From: an uncultured Chloroflexia bacterium
Lineage (GTDB): Bacteria > Chloroflexota > Limnocylindria > Limnocylindrales > CSP1-4
Assembly (NCBI GenBank): GCA_963752475.1
Contig: CAVVYR010000008.1
Location: 288,001-352,000 of the forward strand
Direction: 5' to 3'
Length of the DNA stretch: 64,000 nt
The notes beneath the pieces are model-generated. The model was given only the letters and a program-made list of their open reading frames with translations. It was not told the origin of the DNA and made no database searches. A program made the translations under genes and the position numbers. Below, piece after piece: positions 41,582 through 51,239 of this stretch (positions are counted from its first letter, which is position 1; each line of letters opens with the position of its first letter).

Positions 41582-42556
41582 TCAAGACCGCTCTCGTGCC
41601 TGTTCCAGCCTGACCTCGAGGACCATGCTCGGGTCGTAGCGCCTGATACGCAGCCATGAAGCTGCCTCCAGCAAGCGCTGCTCGGCGGTGTGGAACGAGG
41701 CCGAGCCGATGTGATCGGCTACCGCCACCAGCGCCGCGGCAGGCATCAGACCGATGAGCTCCGAGTCGAGCAGGCTCACGCCTTCCTCGGCGGCCAATCG
41801 CTCCGCCTCTTCCCACACCCGCCAGAGCGGGCTCACCTCGTGGTCGAGGATGTTCATCGAGAGCTGTGCACAGCCTTGCGAGACGAGGTCGATGCCGAGC
41901 GCCTGAACGGCCTCGAGTCCGCCATCACTGGCTCGGATCCGTGTCGCGATGCGCCGAGCGACGGCCACGTCGGCGGTCGAGAGCTGGATGTTCCAGGCGA
42001 TGAGGAACGGGCGGGCACCGACGACGGCGGCGCCGGCCGTGGGATGCGGTCGGGCCGGCCCGAAGTCGGGTGCACCACCAGGCTGTGCCATGGCTTTGGC
42101 CAGGCCCTCATAGCGTGGGCGCCGGACGTCGGCGAGGTTCGCGCGCTCCGGCGAGCGGGCGGCGCGAGCGTAGAGGTAGACGGGGAGTTCGAAGCGATCG
42201 GCGATGCGCTCGGCGAACTCACGGGCACCGGCTACGCACTGCGCCATGGTGGTGTCACCGAGGGGCACGAAGGGGATGACGTCGACAGCGCCGATGCGCG
42301 GGTGGCGTCCGACCTGTCGGTTCATGTCGATACGCTCGATGGCCACCTCCAGCGCGGCCTCCATGGCCCCCATCACGCGACCGGGGAATCCGGCCATCGT
42401 GAACACCGCTCGGCCGTGATCGACGTCGGCGCTGCGATCGAGGAGCCAGCAGCCAGCGTGCCCTTCGACCGCGTCGGCGATGGCGTCGAGCGTCTCGCTG
42501 TCGGCGCCCTCCGAGATGTTGGGCACGCACTCGACGAAGCTTTCCATGGGGTCCAT
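41582..42556 (-). CDS. ftcD: Glutamate formimidoyltransferase
   Basis: VECVPNISEG, HPRIGAVDVIPFVP, PDFGP..HPTAGA..VGARPFLIAWN, QLSMN, SELIGL. Confidence 0.93.
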   Translation of the reverse strand: MDPMESFVECVPNISEGADSETLDAIADAVEGHAGCWLLDRSADVDHGRAVFTMAGFPGRVMGAMEAALEVAIERIDMNRQVGRHPRIGAVDVIPFVPLGDTTMAQCVAGAREFAERIADRFELPVYLYARAARSPERANLADVRRPRYEGLAKAMAQPGGAPDFGPARPHPTAGAAVVGARPFLIAWNIQLSTADVAVARRIATRIRASDGGLEAVQALGIDLVSQGCAQLSMNILDHEVSPLWRVWEEAERLAAEEGVSLLDSELIGLMPAAALVAVADHIGSASFHTAEQRLLEAASWLRIRRYDPSMVLEVRLEQARERS

Positions 42557-42571
42557 GAAAGCGATGCTAGC

Positions 42572-43708
42572 TCAGCGAGACGAGCGGCTCGGAGCGGGTT
42601 CGGCAGCGGTGGCCGTGTCGATCACGCTGCCCGCGGGCTCTGGCGCACGCCGCCCGAAGGCGACGGTCTCGATCTCGCGCAGCGTGACCCGGACGTGGTC
42701 ACCGATGCCGAGGTGGCGGACCCGGCCGCCGGCCTCCACCCACAAGCGCTCGCCATCGTCGGCGCGCACCTCGAGCAGGATCTCCGAGCCGGAGAAGCGC
42801 CGGGCGATGACCTCCCAACCGTCGTCCTCGGCCGGGCCGTCGGGCGCCTCGGCGATGGCGAAGTGCTCAGGACGCAGTAGCACCAGACCGTGGCCCGACA
42901 GCTGACGACGGCCGGGGTCGATGAGCGGCACCGGCCCGAAGCGTGTGTCGGCGGCACCTGGGCGTACGTCGCCGGGCACGAGGTTGGCCACGCCCACGAA
43001 GGTGGCCACGTATGGGGTCGAAGGCTCCGCGTAGATGAGTTCCGGTGGCGCCACCTGCAGGACCCGGCCGCGCGTCATGACCGCGACCCTGTCGGCCACC
43101 GTCAAGGCCTCGCCCTGATCGTGGGTCACGAAGATGGCGCTCTGACGCGCCGCACGCAGGATCTCGCGCACCTCGGCCCGGAGCTGGGTACGCATGGCCT
43201 GGTCGAGCGAGGAGAAGGGCTCGTCGAGCAGGAGCACATCCGGTCGCGGCGCCAAGGCTCGTGCCAACGCGACACGCTGTTGCATGCCACCCGAGAGTTC
43301 GTGGGGCATGCGTTCGCCGTCGCCCGCGAGGCCGACCATCTCGAGGAGCTCATCGGTGCGCACGCCGTGGTCGGGTTCGCGCCGGATCCCGTAGGCCACG
43401 TTGCCGCTGACCGAGAGATGCGGGAAGAGTGCCAGGTCCTGGAACACCAACCCGATGCGACGCCGCTCCGGTGGCACCATCGCGGTCGACGAGGCCACGC
43501 GGCGGCCGTTGACCTCGATCGTGCCCTGGTCCGGACGCTCGAAGCCCGAGATCAGGCGCAGTGCGGTGGTCTTGCCGCAACCCGACGGTCCGAGCAGGGC
43601 CAGCACGGTGCCGGCCTCCAGCTCGAGGCTTACGTCGTCGAGCGCCAGGACATCGTCGTAGGACTTGCTGATGCCGTCGAGACGGACCGCGGGCGTGACC
43701 TCGGTCAT
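42572..43708 (-). CDS. Fe3+ ABC transporter ATP-binding protein
   Basis: GPSGCGKT, LSGGMQQR, LLLDEPF, TOBE-like tail; operon with permease and SBP. Confidence 0.88.
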   Translation of the reverse strand: MTEVTPAVRLDGISKSYDDVLALDDVSLELEAGTVLALLGPSGCGKTTALRLISGFERPDQGTIEVNGRRVASSTAMVPPERRRIGLVFQDLALFPHLSVSGNVAYGIRREPDHGVRTDELLEMVGLAGDGERMPHELSGGMQQRVALARALAPRPDVLLLDEPFSSLDQAMRTQLRAEVREILRAARQSAIFVTHDQGEALTVADRVAVMTRGRVLQVAPPELIYAEPSTPYVATFVGVANLVPGDVRPGAADTRFGPVPLIDPGRRQLSGHGLVLLRPEHFAIAEAPDGPAEDDGWEVIARRFSGSEILLEVRADDGERLWVEAGGRVRHLGIGDHVRVTLREIETVAFGRRAPEPAGSVIDTATAAEPAPSRSSR

Positions 43709-45297
43709 GTCTCGAGCTCTCCACGTCGGACGAGGAGCCCGACCGAGATGAAGGAGACGACGAGCAGCAGCGCGGCCGGGACCGCGGCTTGGGCGTAGAA
43801 GGCCTCGCGCGCGGCGTCCCACAGCTCGGTGGCGAGGGTGGAGGTGCCCGGCGGGGCCAGCAGCAGGGTCAGCGGCAGCTCCTTGAGACCCGACAGCAGC
43901 ACGAGCATGGCGCCGGCGACGATTCCCGGCCGCAGCAGCGGGATGGTCACGGTCCGAAGCACACCGAGGTTCCCCTCACCCAGCGAACGAGCAGCTTCCA
44001 CCGTGCGCGGCGAGACCTGCATCATCGGGCCTCGCAGGGCCCCGACGGCCTGCACCAGATAGCGCAGGCCGATAGCCATCACCAGGGCGAACAGCGTCTG
44101 ATACAGCACGGGCACGCCGTTCAGCGTGAAGAACACGATGGCCAGAGCCAGGCTCACAGCGGGGATGGCGTAGATGGCGTAGAGGAGGCGATCGGTGAGC
44201 ATCGACGCTCGACCCGGGAAGTGGCTGATGAGGCGAGCGAGCGGTAGCGCCAGTGACACCGCCAGAAGAGCGGCGGCAGCGGCGATGACGATCGAGTCGC
44301 CGAGGGCGTCGAGGCCGAACGCGAGAGTCTGATCCGCGCGCAAGCCATCGAGGACCCAGAGACTGATCGTAGCCACTGGGATACCGAGCGCGAGCGCGGC
44401 CACAGCGAGGCAGAAGAGGACGGCCGGGATGCGCCAGGGCCCGAGACGGACCGGAGCCGGCACGCGACGCCGACCGTGTGGCGTGGCCAGCGCGACGCGT
44501 CGTCGGATGCGTCCTTCAGCCCATACCAGGACCAGAGCCAGGACCAACAGCAGGAGCGCAAGCGCGGCCGCGCTGGACCGATCGAAGGAGAAGCGGTACT
44601 GCGAGTAGATGGCCGTGGCCAATGTGTCGTAGCGCAGGATCGACACAGCTCCGAAGTCGCTGATGGCATAGAGGCAGGCGAGGAGCGCTCCCGCACCGAT
44701 GGCCGGCACCAGCACGGGCAGGACGGCCGTTCGTGCCGCCGCCCACGGGCCGCGACCGAGCGAGCGAGCCGCCTCTTCGGTCGCTGGATCCAAGCGCATG
44801 AGCGCTGCGCGCGTGGCGATGACGACGTAAGGCATCGTGGCCAGGCTCAACACCAGCGCCGCGCCCCAGAAGCCGTACACCGAGGTCACGCCCAGGCCGG
44901 CAAGCCAGCCGCGCGGCGCGAAGGCCCCGACGAAAGCGAACGCGAGCAGGTACGAGGGCACGGCCAGGGGCGCGATGGCGAGCACGGATAGGACACGCCG
45001 GCCCGGCAGGTCCGTACGCACGGTCAGCCACGCCAGCGGGACGCCGAGGGAGACGGCGCCAGTGATCACGGCGCCGGCAAGAGCCATCGTCGAGATGACG
45101 AGCTCGACAGTGCGCGGTCGTGCCAGCGCCTCGAGCGCGTCGGTGCCACCGTCGACGGCCCGTAGCACGAGGTAGATGAGCGGCAGCAGGGCGAGTACAG
45201 CCACCGTAGCGGCCACGGCCAGCAGCGGCCACGGCGGAGCCGCCCGTCGCGAGGACGGGTGGACCAGGGCGGCGCGGATGCTGGCGAGGCTGGTCAT
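43705..45297 (-). CDS. Fe3+ ABC transporter permease (FbpB-like)
   Basis: Two EAARSLG loops, TDLPGRR, SDFGAVS, KELPLTLLL. Confidence 0.9.
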   Translation of the reverse strand: MTSLASIRAALVHPSSRRAAPPWPLLAVAATVAVLALLPLIYLVLRAVDGGTDALEALARPRTVELVISTMALAGAVITGAVSLGVPLAWLTVRTDLPGRRVLSVLAIAPLAVPSYLLAFAFVGAFAPRGWLAGLGVTSVYGFWGAALVLSLATMPYVVIATRAALMRLDPATEEAARSLGRGPWAAARTAVLPVLVPAIGAGALLACLYAISDFGAVSILRYDTLATAIYSQYRFSFDRSSAAALALLLLVLALVLVWAEGRIRRRVALATPHGRRRVPAPVRLGPWRIPAVLFCLAVAALALGIPVATISLWVLDGLRADQTLAFGLDALGDSIVIAAAAALLAVSLALPLARLISHFPGRASMLTDRLLYAIYAIPAVSLALAIVFFTLNGVPVLYQTLFALVMAIGLRYLVQAVGALRGPMMQVSPRTVEAARSLGEGNLGVLRTVTIPLLRPGIVAGAMLVLLSGLKELPLTLLLAPPGTSTLATELWDAAREAFYAQAAVPAALLLVVSFISVGLLVRRGELET

Positions 45298-45340
45298 GAA
45301 GGGCCGGGACCGTTGGGGCCGCTAGTCGATGGCGGGGCCG

Positions 45341-46348
45341 CTAGTCGATGGCGCCGACCTCGCGCAACAGCTCGACCGTGCCCTGCAGGTCGGCCAGTGC
45401 CGAGAGGTCGACCTCGGGAGCCTCGATGGAGTCGATGTGCGGGAGCCGAGGATCGGCCCCGACACCCTCGACGAGCGGGAACTCGTACGTCGACTCGCTG
45501 AAGTACGTTTGAGCCTCATCGCTGAGCAGGTACTCGATGAACGCCAGTGAGTCCTCGGGCTGATCGGTCGAGGCGATCTGACCGACACCGGCGACGTTCA
45601 CCAGCGAGCCCGGATCACCGCCGCCGAAGAACCGCTGGGCGACGGGGTAGTCCTCACCGTGCTCGGCCTGCAAGCGCAGCAGGTAGTAGTGGTTGACGAA
45701 GGCGACGTCGACCTCGCCGGCCGCGACGCCTTCGACAGCGGCCGTGTTCTTGGGGTAGACCACGGGGTCGTTGACCAGGATGCCTTCGAGCCACTCACGG
45801 GCGACGTCCTCACCCTCGATCACCCGTAGCGCGGTGACGAAGGCCTGGAAGCTGCCGTTGGCCGGAGCCCAGCCGATTCGGCCGGCCCACTCAGGGTCGG
45901 TGAACTCGAGGATCGACTCGGGCAGCTCCAACTCCTCGGTCGTGGTGTAGGCGGCGGTGCGAGCGCGGCCGCTGACGCCGGCCCACTCGCCATCGACATC
46001 GCTGAACCCGGCTGGCACGGCCGCCAACACGTCCTCGGGCAGGGCGGCCAGCAGACCAGCGCCAGCCACGGCGCCAAGGGCACCGGCGTCCTGTGCGAAG
46101 TAGACGTCGGCCGGGGATCGGTCGCCTTCCTCGAGAAGAAGGGCTGCCAGCTCGGCGGTGTCGGCGTACTTGACCTCGACCTCGACACCCGTGGACTCGG
46201 TGAAGGACTCGATGACGGGGCCGACCAGCGATTCGCTACGGCCGGAGTAGACGGTGAGCGGCTCATCGGCATCCTCGGCCAGCGCGACCGAGGGTACGAC
46301 GAGGACGGCAGCGAGCACGGGCGCTGCCAGGGTGCGAGAACGGAACAC
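45341..46348 (-). CDS. Fe3+ ABC transporter substrate-binding protein (FbpA/FutA-like)
   Basis: YSGRSE, SPADV, SGRAR, NGSFQ, VNHYY iron-binding Tyr pair. Confidence 0.9.
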   Translation of the reverse strand: MFRSRTLAAPVLAAVLVVPSVALAEDADEPLTVYSGRSESLVGPVIESFTESTGVEVEVKYADTAELAALLLEEGDRSPADVYFAQDAGALGAVAGAGLLAALPEDVLAAVPAGFSDVDGEWAGVSGRARTAAYTTTEELELPESILEFTDPEWAGRIGWAPANGSFQAFVTALRVIEGEDVAREWLEGILVNDPVVYPKNTAAVEGVAAGEVDVAFVNHYYLLRLQAEHGEDYPVAQRFFGGGDPGSLVNVAGVGQIASTDQPEDSLAFIEYLLSDEAQTYFSESTYEFPLVEGVGADPRLPHIDSIEAPEVDLSALADLQGTVELLREVGAID

Positions 46349-46422
46349 AGGCTTTCTCCGAGGGGATGGAGCTGGGAGCCGGGTGGCGAGAGGCCGGATA
46401 TCTGACCTTCCGGCTCAGCGAT

Positions 46423-46483
46423 AGCCTGTGCAGGCTACGTCAGTGCGACGGCTTGCGTCAACTCGACATGCAACTCAGTCTCA
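46423..46483 (-). promoter_or_regulatory. Candidate promoter and metal-regulator sites of the iron operon
   Basis: Minus-strand TTGACG -35; palindrome TAGCCTG-TG-CAGGCTA (46423-38); Fur-like TGCAACT-C-AGTCTCA (46469-83). Confidence 0.4.
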
Positions 46484-46502
46484 AGTTACCTTGATACAGG
46501 AC

Positions 46503-47258
46503 TCAAGCGAGTTCGCGACGCATGACCGGGAAGCGCTCGTCGGAGGCGACCAACTCGAAGCCGTGTGCCTCCCAGAAGGCCGGAGACGCCGTTGACGCCT
46601 CATCTGGTGCGAGCGTCAGGTCAGGATAGACCTCGATGGCGGAGAAGCCGCGGCCCTCGAGGTCGTGGATGACCTCATCGATGAGCCGGCTGGCAAGACC
46701 CTGGCCCCGGGCGTCGGCTGTGGCGGCGACGCAGGTGATGACCGCGGGCAGCGGTGCACTCGGGAGCCGGGGGTAGAGGTCACGCACGTGCTGTGCGCGT
46801 GGATACGCCGACAGCGGCCCGAACTGCGCGTAGACCGCAGGCTGACCGTCGATGGTCAGGACCTTGGCGTAGGACCCGAAGACGGTTCGGCCGCGCTGGA
46901 GCAGCCGCAGCTTGGTCGGCGTGCGGGGCTCGCTGGTGATGGACTCGACCTCGGGCTCGGGGGCGAAGGGATTGACGGCCGGCTCGGCCTCGGACGCGGA
47001 TGGGTCGAAGGGATTGAAGGCGACGTCGTCCTTCGGGGCCGGCGCGAAGGGGTTGTCGGATCGCGGCGGACGCTTGGGTGCCGCTGCGGGCTTGGCCGGC
47101 TGCCACCAGGCAGGGCGAGAGGCCTTGGAGCCTCGCACCTCGTCCTCCCAGTAGTCGCAAGAACGATGATCGAAACGCGGGTCAGCGCACGGAGGCAGCC
47201 GGCCAAAGGTCGCTGGATCGGTGACGTCGAGGATCTCGACAGCGGCGTCGTCGTTCAC
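46503..47258 (-). CDS. GNAT-family N-acetyltransferase
   Basis: YAQFGP, ITC, ARGQGLASRL, GFSAIEVYP, FWEAHGF. Confidence 0.8.
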   Translation of the reverse strand: MNDDAAVEILDVTDPATFGRLPPCADPRFDHRSCDYWEDEVRGSKASRPAWWQPAKPAAAPKRPPRSDNPFAPAPKDDVAFNPFDPSASEAEPAVNPFAPEPEVESITSEPRTPTKLRLLQRGRTVFGSYAKVLTIDGQPAVYAQFGPLSAYPRAQHVRDLYPRLPSAPLPAVITCVAATADARGQGLASRLIDEVIHDLEGRGFSAIEVYPDLTLAPDEASTASPAFWEAHGFELVASDERFPVMRRELA

Positions 47259-47277
47259 GCCACAGAGTGTAGGTCGC

Positions 47278-47988
47278 TCAGGCCCCGAACTGAAGGCTGT
47301 CCTGGATGGAGTCGAAATCCGGGGCCGCAGCGTCGGCCAGATCGGCGGAGGCCACGAAGTTCACGAGGTAGACCGTCTTGCCGAAGCGGAAGAGGTAGGA
47401 GCGGACGCGGATCTCACCGAGCGCCGGGTCGGAGATCATGTAGTCATAGCGCACGCCTCTAGCCTTGGGCAGCCGGACGTCGTGGGGTGCCAACCCGCCG
47501 CTCAGGCCGGGCAGATCACTGATGCGCGCGTAGACGTCGTCCTTGATGGCGTGGTTCTTGCGACCCGCGACCGGCTCAGCCAGCACCAGCAGCACTGGCG
47601 CGACCTTGCCCTCGATCACGCCCCTGGCGGCGATGGCGCTGACGTGCACGTCACGGCCGCCGATGACCTCGTCGATGCGCTCACCGAGGCCGGCGTTTGC
47701 GTCGTCCACGGCACTGATGACCTCGTCGGTCTGGTCTGGGTCCACGGCCACGCCCGACCAACCGGCGGGCAAGACCATCTCGTAGCCGCTCGGATGCTGC
47801 CACCACGTCGAGGCCTCGCTGCCATCGGCAACGCCATCGGCGGGGTCGGCCTCCGGCGACGACACGGCGGTGCCGCTGGGGTCGACCAGAGCTTGGAACA
47901 CGGCAGCCGTCGGGGCGCTGCAGCCAACTGCGATGAGGCCTGCCAGCGCGAGGACAAGGATGCCGACTGGGGTCGTCCGGCTCGTCAT
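47278..47988 (-). CDS. Hypothetical lipoprotein
   Basis: Lipobox LIAVGC; GYEMVLPAGW and FDSIQDSLQF (PsbP/LpqN-like pattern). Confidence 0.65.
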   Translation of the reverse strand: MTSRTTPVGILVLALAGLIAVGCSAPTAAVFQALVDPSGTAVSSPEADPADGVADGSEASTWWQHPSGYEMVLPAGWSGVAVDPDQTDEVISAVDDANAGLGERIDEVIGGRDVHVSAIAARGVIEGKVAPVLLVLAEPVAGRKNHAIKDDVYARISDLPGLSGGLAPHDVRLPKARGVRYDYMISDPALGEIRVRSYLFRFGKTVYLVNFVASADLADAAAPDFDSIQDSLQFGA

Positions 47989-48114
47989 TCGGCTCACAGC
48001 ATGCCCCAGAACCGGGGAACCTGCAGGCGATCGTTCGGCCCTCCGCGACGGTGACCAACGCCCCATGGGTGGGTCCGCTAGGCACTGCTATAGTCGAGGA
48101 ACATTCGCATACAA

Positions 48115-48262
48115 GCCTCGCCTTCGGGGTCGGGTGAAATCCCCTACCGGTGGTCGGTGGAACCGCTCCGCCAGCCCACGACCCGCGCACCATTTCGAGT
48201 CGCGGTGGATTCCCTCGCAGGGAGCCGACGGTCATAGTCCGGATGAGAGAAGGAGAGAGGCG
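48115..48262 (+). ncRNA. FMN riboswitch (RFN element)
   Basis: CTTCGGGGTCGGGTGAAATCCCTACCGGTGG...AGCCCACGA...GAGCCGACGG..ATAGTCCGGATGAGAGAAG; extended -10 TGcTATAGT upstream. Confidence 0.95.
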
Positions 48263-48387
48263 CCACCGATGCGCCAGCCGCGTCGGTGTGTGGTCGCTCG
48301 TCGAGCGCGACCGACCCGTTTCGACGGGACCAGTCCGCTCGCTTCTCTTCTTGATGCCTCGATGGTGTGGCCGGAGGTCACACGTAG

Positions 48388-49164
48388 TTGGACGCCATCG
48401 AGCTCCACGACATCTCGCGCAGTTTCAGCATCGACGGTGCGCCGCTGCATGTCCTCGATCGACTCGACCTTCGCGTAGCCGAGCGCGAGATCGTATCGAT
48501 CGTCGGACCGAACGGCTGTGGCAAGTCCACGCTCTTGCGCGTCATCAGTGGCTTGCTCGCACCCGACCACGGCAGCGTCCTGGCTTTCGACTCCACGGTA
48601 GCCGGCCCAGAGCCACGCATCGGGCTGGTGTTCCAGGAACCCCGCTTGCTGCCTTGGCGTGACGTGCTGACCAACGTGGCCTTCCCCCTGGAGTTGGCCG
48701 GTGTCGCGCGCGCAGAGCGGGAGGAGCGTGCGCGAGAGGCACTACGGCTGACGGGCCTCGACGGCTTCGCCGCCGCATACCCGGACCAACTGTCGGGTGG
48801 GATGGCCCAACGTGCGGCCCTCGCACGTGCGCTGGCCCCTGAGCCTGATGTGTTGCTGCTCGACGAGCCCTTCAGCGCGCTCGACGCCATGACCCGCGAG
48901 CGGCTCGATGACGAGTTGCTGCGCCTGTGGGGCGAGACCGGCTCCACGATCGTGCTGGTGACGCACAGCATCTCCGAAGCCGTGTTCCTGTCGGATCGCG
49001 TCTTGGTGATGTCGCAGCGACCGGGTCGCATCGTGGCCGAAGTGGCGGTCGAGGCAGAGCGGCCGCGCAGCCTGTCGGGCAGCGGTGCCACGATGTTCAG
49101 CGCCGCCGCTGACGAGGTGCGAGCACTCCTGGGGCGAGCCGACGAGCGAGAGGTGGCAGCGTGA
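48388..49164 (+). CDS. ABC ATPase of riboflavin uptake system (NitT/TauT type)
   Basis: GPNGCGKS, FQEPRLLPW, LSGGMAQR; downstream of FMN riboswitch. Confidence 0.88.
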   Translation: MDAIELHDISRSFSIDGAPLHVLDRLDLRVAEREIVSIVGPNGCGKSTLLRVISGLLAPDHGSVLAFDSTVAGPEPRIGLVFQEPRLLPWRDVLTNVAFPLELAGVARAEREERAREALRLTGLDGFAAAYPDQLSGGMAQRAALARALAPEPDVLLLDEPFSALDAMTRERLDDELLRLWGETGSTIVLVTHSISEAVFLSDRVLVMSQRPGRIVAEVAVEAERPRSLSGSGATMFSAAADEVRALLGRADEREVAA

Positions 49165-49988
49165 CCACGGCTTCGCCTGAGGCCGCCACGACGACCCCGC
49201 GTTCGGACGAGGTCCGGACCCGTCCTCGCTGGCGAGGATTGCTGCAGGACATCGCACCGGTGGCCGGGGCCGCTCTCCTCTTCGTGGTCGCGTGGCAGGC
49301 CCTCGTGCTCATCGGCGACTACCCGTCCTACATCCTGCCGGGTCCCGCGGTCGTGGCCGAGCGCTTCATCAGTGGCTGGACCGACGGCATCATCGGGCCG
49401 CATTTCTGGACCACGCTCAGCGAGGTGCTACTGGGGCTCACGCTCGGTGGCATCGCCGGCATCCTGACCGGCATCCTGCTGGCTCGTTCGCGCCTGGCTG
49501 CACGCATGCTCTCGCCCTACATCGTGGCCGCGCAAGCCACGCCCATCCTGGCACTGGCACCACTCATCGCACTCTGGTTCGGGACCGGGCTCGGCAGCCG
49601 CGTGCTCATCTGCGCGCTCATCTGCTTCTTCCCCATCGCGGTCGGCACGATGGTCGGCATCCGCTCGGTCGACCCCAAGCTCATCGAGCTCGGCCGCAGC
49701 TTCCGTGCCTCTCGTCGGCAGCGGCTGATGCGGATCGAAGTGCCCTCGGCATTGCCGCAGATCCTGGGCAGCCTGCGCATCGGCGTCACGCTCGCGGTCG
49801 TGGGTGCCATCGTCGCCGAGTGGGCCGGGGGCGACTCAGGTCTCGGCGTGCTCATCAACCTCGCGCGCGGATCGATGTTCGACATCCCACTGATGTTCGC
49901 GACGCTCACGACCATCGGACTCATGGGCATCGCGCTGTACCTCATCGTCGTCGCCATCGAGCGACGACTCATTCGCACACCCTCCTGA
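49161..49988 (+). CDS. ribX: ABC permease, RibX-like
   Basis: YILPGP, QATPILALAPL, FFPIAV, GAIVAEW; riboswitch context. Confidence 0.8.
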   Translation: MTTASPEAATTTPRSDEVRTRPRWRGLLQDIAPVAGAALLFVVAWQALVLIGDYPSYILPGPAVVAERFISGWTDGIIGPHFWTTLSEVLLGLTLGGIAGILTGILLARSRLAARMLSPYIVAAQATPILALAPLIALWFGTGLGSRVLICALICFFPIAVGTMVGIRSVDPKLIELGRSFRASRRQRLMRIEVPSALPQILGSLRIGVTLAVVGAIVAEWAGGDSGLGVLINLARGSMFDIPLMFATLTTIGLMGIALYLIVVAIERRLIRTPS

Positions 49989-50010
49989 TCGCAGAAAGGA
50001 CCGACTTCCG

Positions 50011-51033
50011 ATGTCTCGTGTCTCCATCCCGCTTCGCCGGCTCCTTCCCGCGCTGGCCCTCACCGCCAGCCTCGCCGTCGGCGCCATCGGTGCGACGACG
50101 GGCCAGGAGGACGCGGCCGAGCCGACCCCGTTGACGGTCGGGCTGGGCTACATCCCCAGCGTCCAGTTCGCACAGTTCTATCTGGCCGATGAAGCCGGCT
50201 ACTACGCTGATGCGGGGCTGGAGGTGGTCTTCCAGAACAAGATCGACCCCGAGCTCATCACCCTGCTCGCCCGCGGTGCGGTGGACATCGGCATGGCCGA
50301 TGGCACCAGCGTCATCCCGGCGGTCAGCCAGGGCATCCCCGTGCGCTATGGGGCGACCATCTACGGCCGTGACCCCAACGTCGTCTTCTCCCTGGCCGAG
50401 ACCGGGATCGAACGCGCTGAGGACCTTGCCGGGGCCAGCATCGGTATCCCCGGTCGCTATGGCTCGTCATGGGTGGCGCTGCAAGCGCTGCTGTCGTCGG
50501 CCGGGCTCACCCCCGACGACGCCGAGATCGCGACGTACCCAGACTTCGGACAGGCTGTCGCCGTGGGTGCCGGTCAGGTCGACGCGGCCACCGGCTTCAT
50601 CACCAACGAGCCGGTGCAGCTCGGCCTGCGCGGCCAGGAGGTGAACGTCTTGCGCGTCGCCGATGTGGCGCCGCTCCCCGGCCCCGGTCTGGTCGCCGGC
50701 GTGGACACCATCGAGCAGAAGGGTGAGGCGCTGGCTGCCTTCACCGCGGCCACCATCCGGGCCATGGAAGAGATCACGGACGACCCGCAATCCGGTCTCC
50801 GGGCGGTCTTCGCACGCGTGCCTGAGCTGGCTGAAGACCCCGAGACGCAGCTGGCCATCCTCGAGGCCACCATCGAATCGTGGACGGGTGACTACGCGGC
50901 CGAGCACGGGCTCGGTGCGGTCGATCCGGCTGCCTGGGAGTCGGGCCTGGAGATCATGCGCTCGCTGCCGGACTCGACCGTGAGCGATGAGCTCACGGTC
51001 GATGATCTCCTGACTGACGCGCTGGACTCCTGA
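50011..51033 (+). CDS. ribY: NMT1/THI5-type substrate-binding protein, RibY-like
   Basis: GYIPSVQFAQFY, IGIPGRYGSS, NEPVQL; riboswitch context. Confidence 0.82.
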   Translation: MSRVSIPLRRLLPALALTASLAVGAIGATTGQEDAAEPTPLTVGLGYIPSVQFAQFYLADEAGYYADAGLEVVFQNKIDPELITLLARGAVDIGMADGTSVIPAVSQGIPVRYGATIYGRDPNVVFSLAETGIERAEDLAGASIGIPGRYGSSWVALQALLSSAGLTPDDAEIATYPDFGQAVAVGAGQVDAATGFITNEPVQLGLRGQEVNVLRVADVAPLPGPGLVAGVDTIEQKGEALAAFTAATIRAMEEITDDPQSGLRAVFARVPELAEDPETQLAILEATIESWTGDYAAEHGLGAVDPAAWESGLEIMRSLPDSTVSDELTVDDLLTDALDS

Positions 51034-51053
51034 CGATGGCCGATACTGGGGCC

Positions 51054-51230
51054 ATGTCCGACGCAGAAACCACCCACGCCCCGGCCGACGGGCACGATGA
51101 GGGTCACGGCCACGCTCAGACCGGCGCGGCACTGGGTCCCATCGACTGGGAAGCTTGGGCCTACGCCATCGGCGGTGGCGTGCTGGGCGCGCTGGTAGCG
51201 CTGGCACTCTACATCGCCAGCGGGGTCTAG
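51054..51230 (+). CDS. Small His-rich single-TM protein
   Basis: HAPADGHDEGHGH..LGPIDWEAW followed by a TM helix. Confidence 0.55.
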   Translation: MSDAETTHAPADGHDEGHGHAQTGAALGPIDWEAWAYAIGGGVLGALVALALYIASGV

Positions 51231-51239
51231 CCTCGAGGG

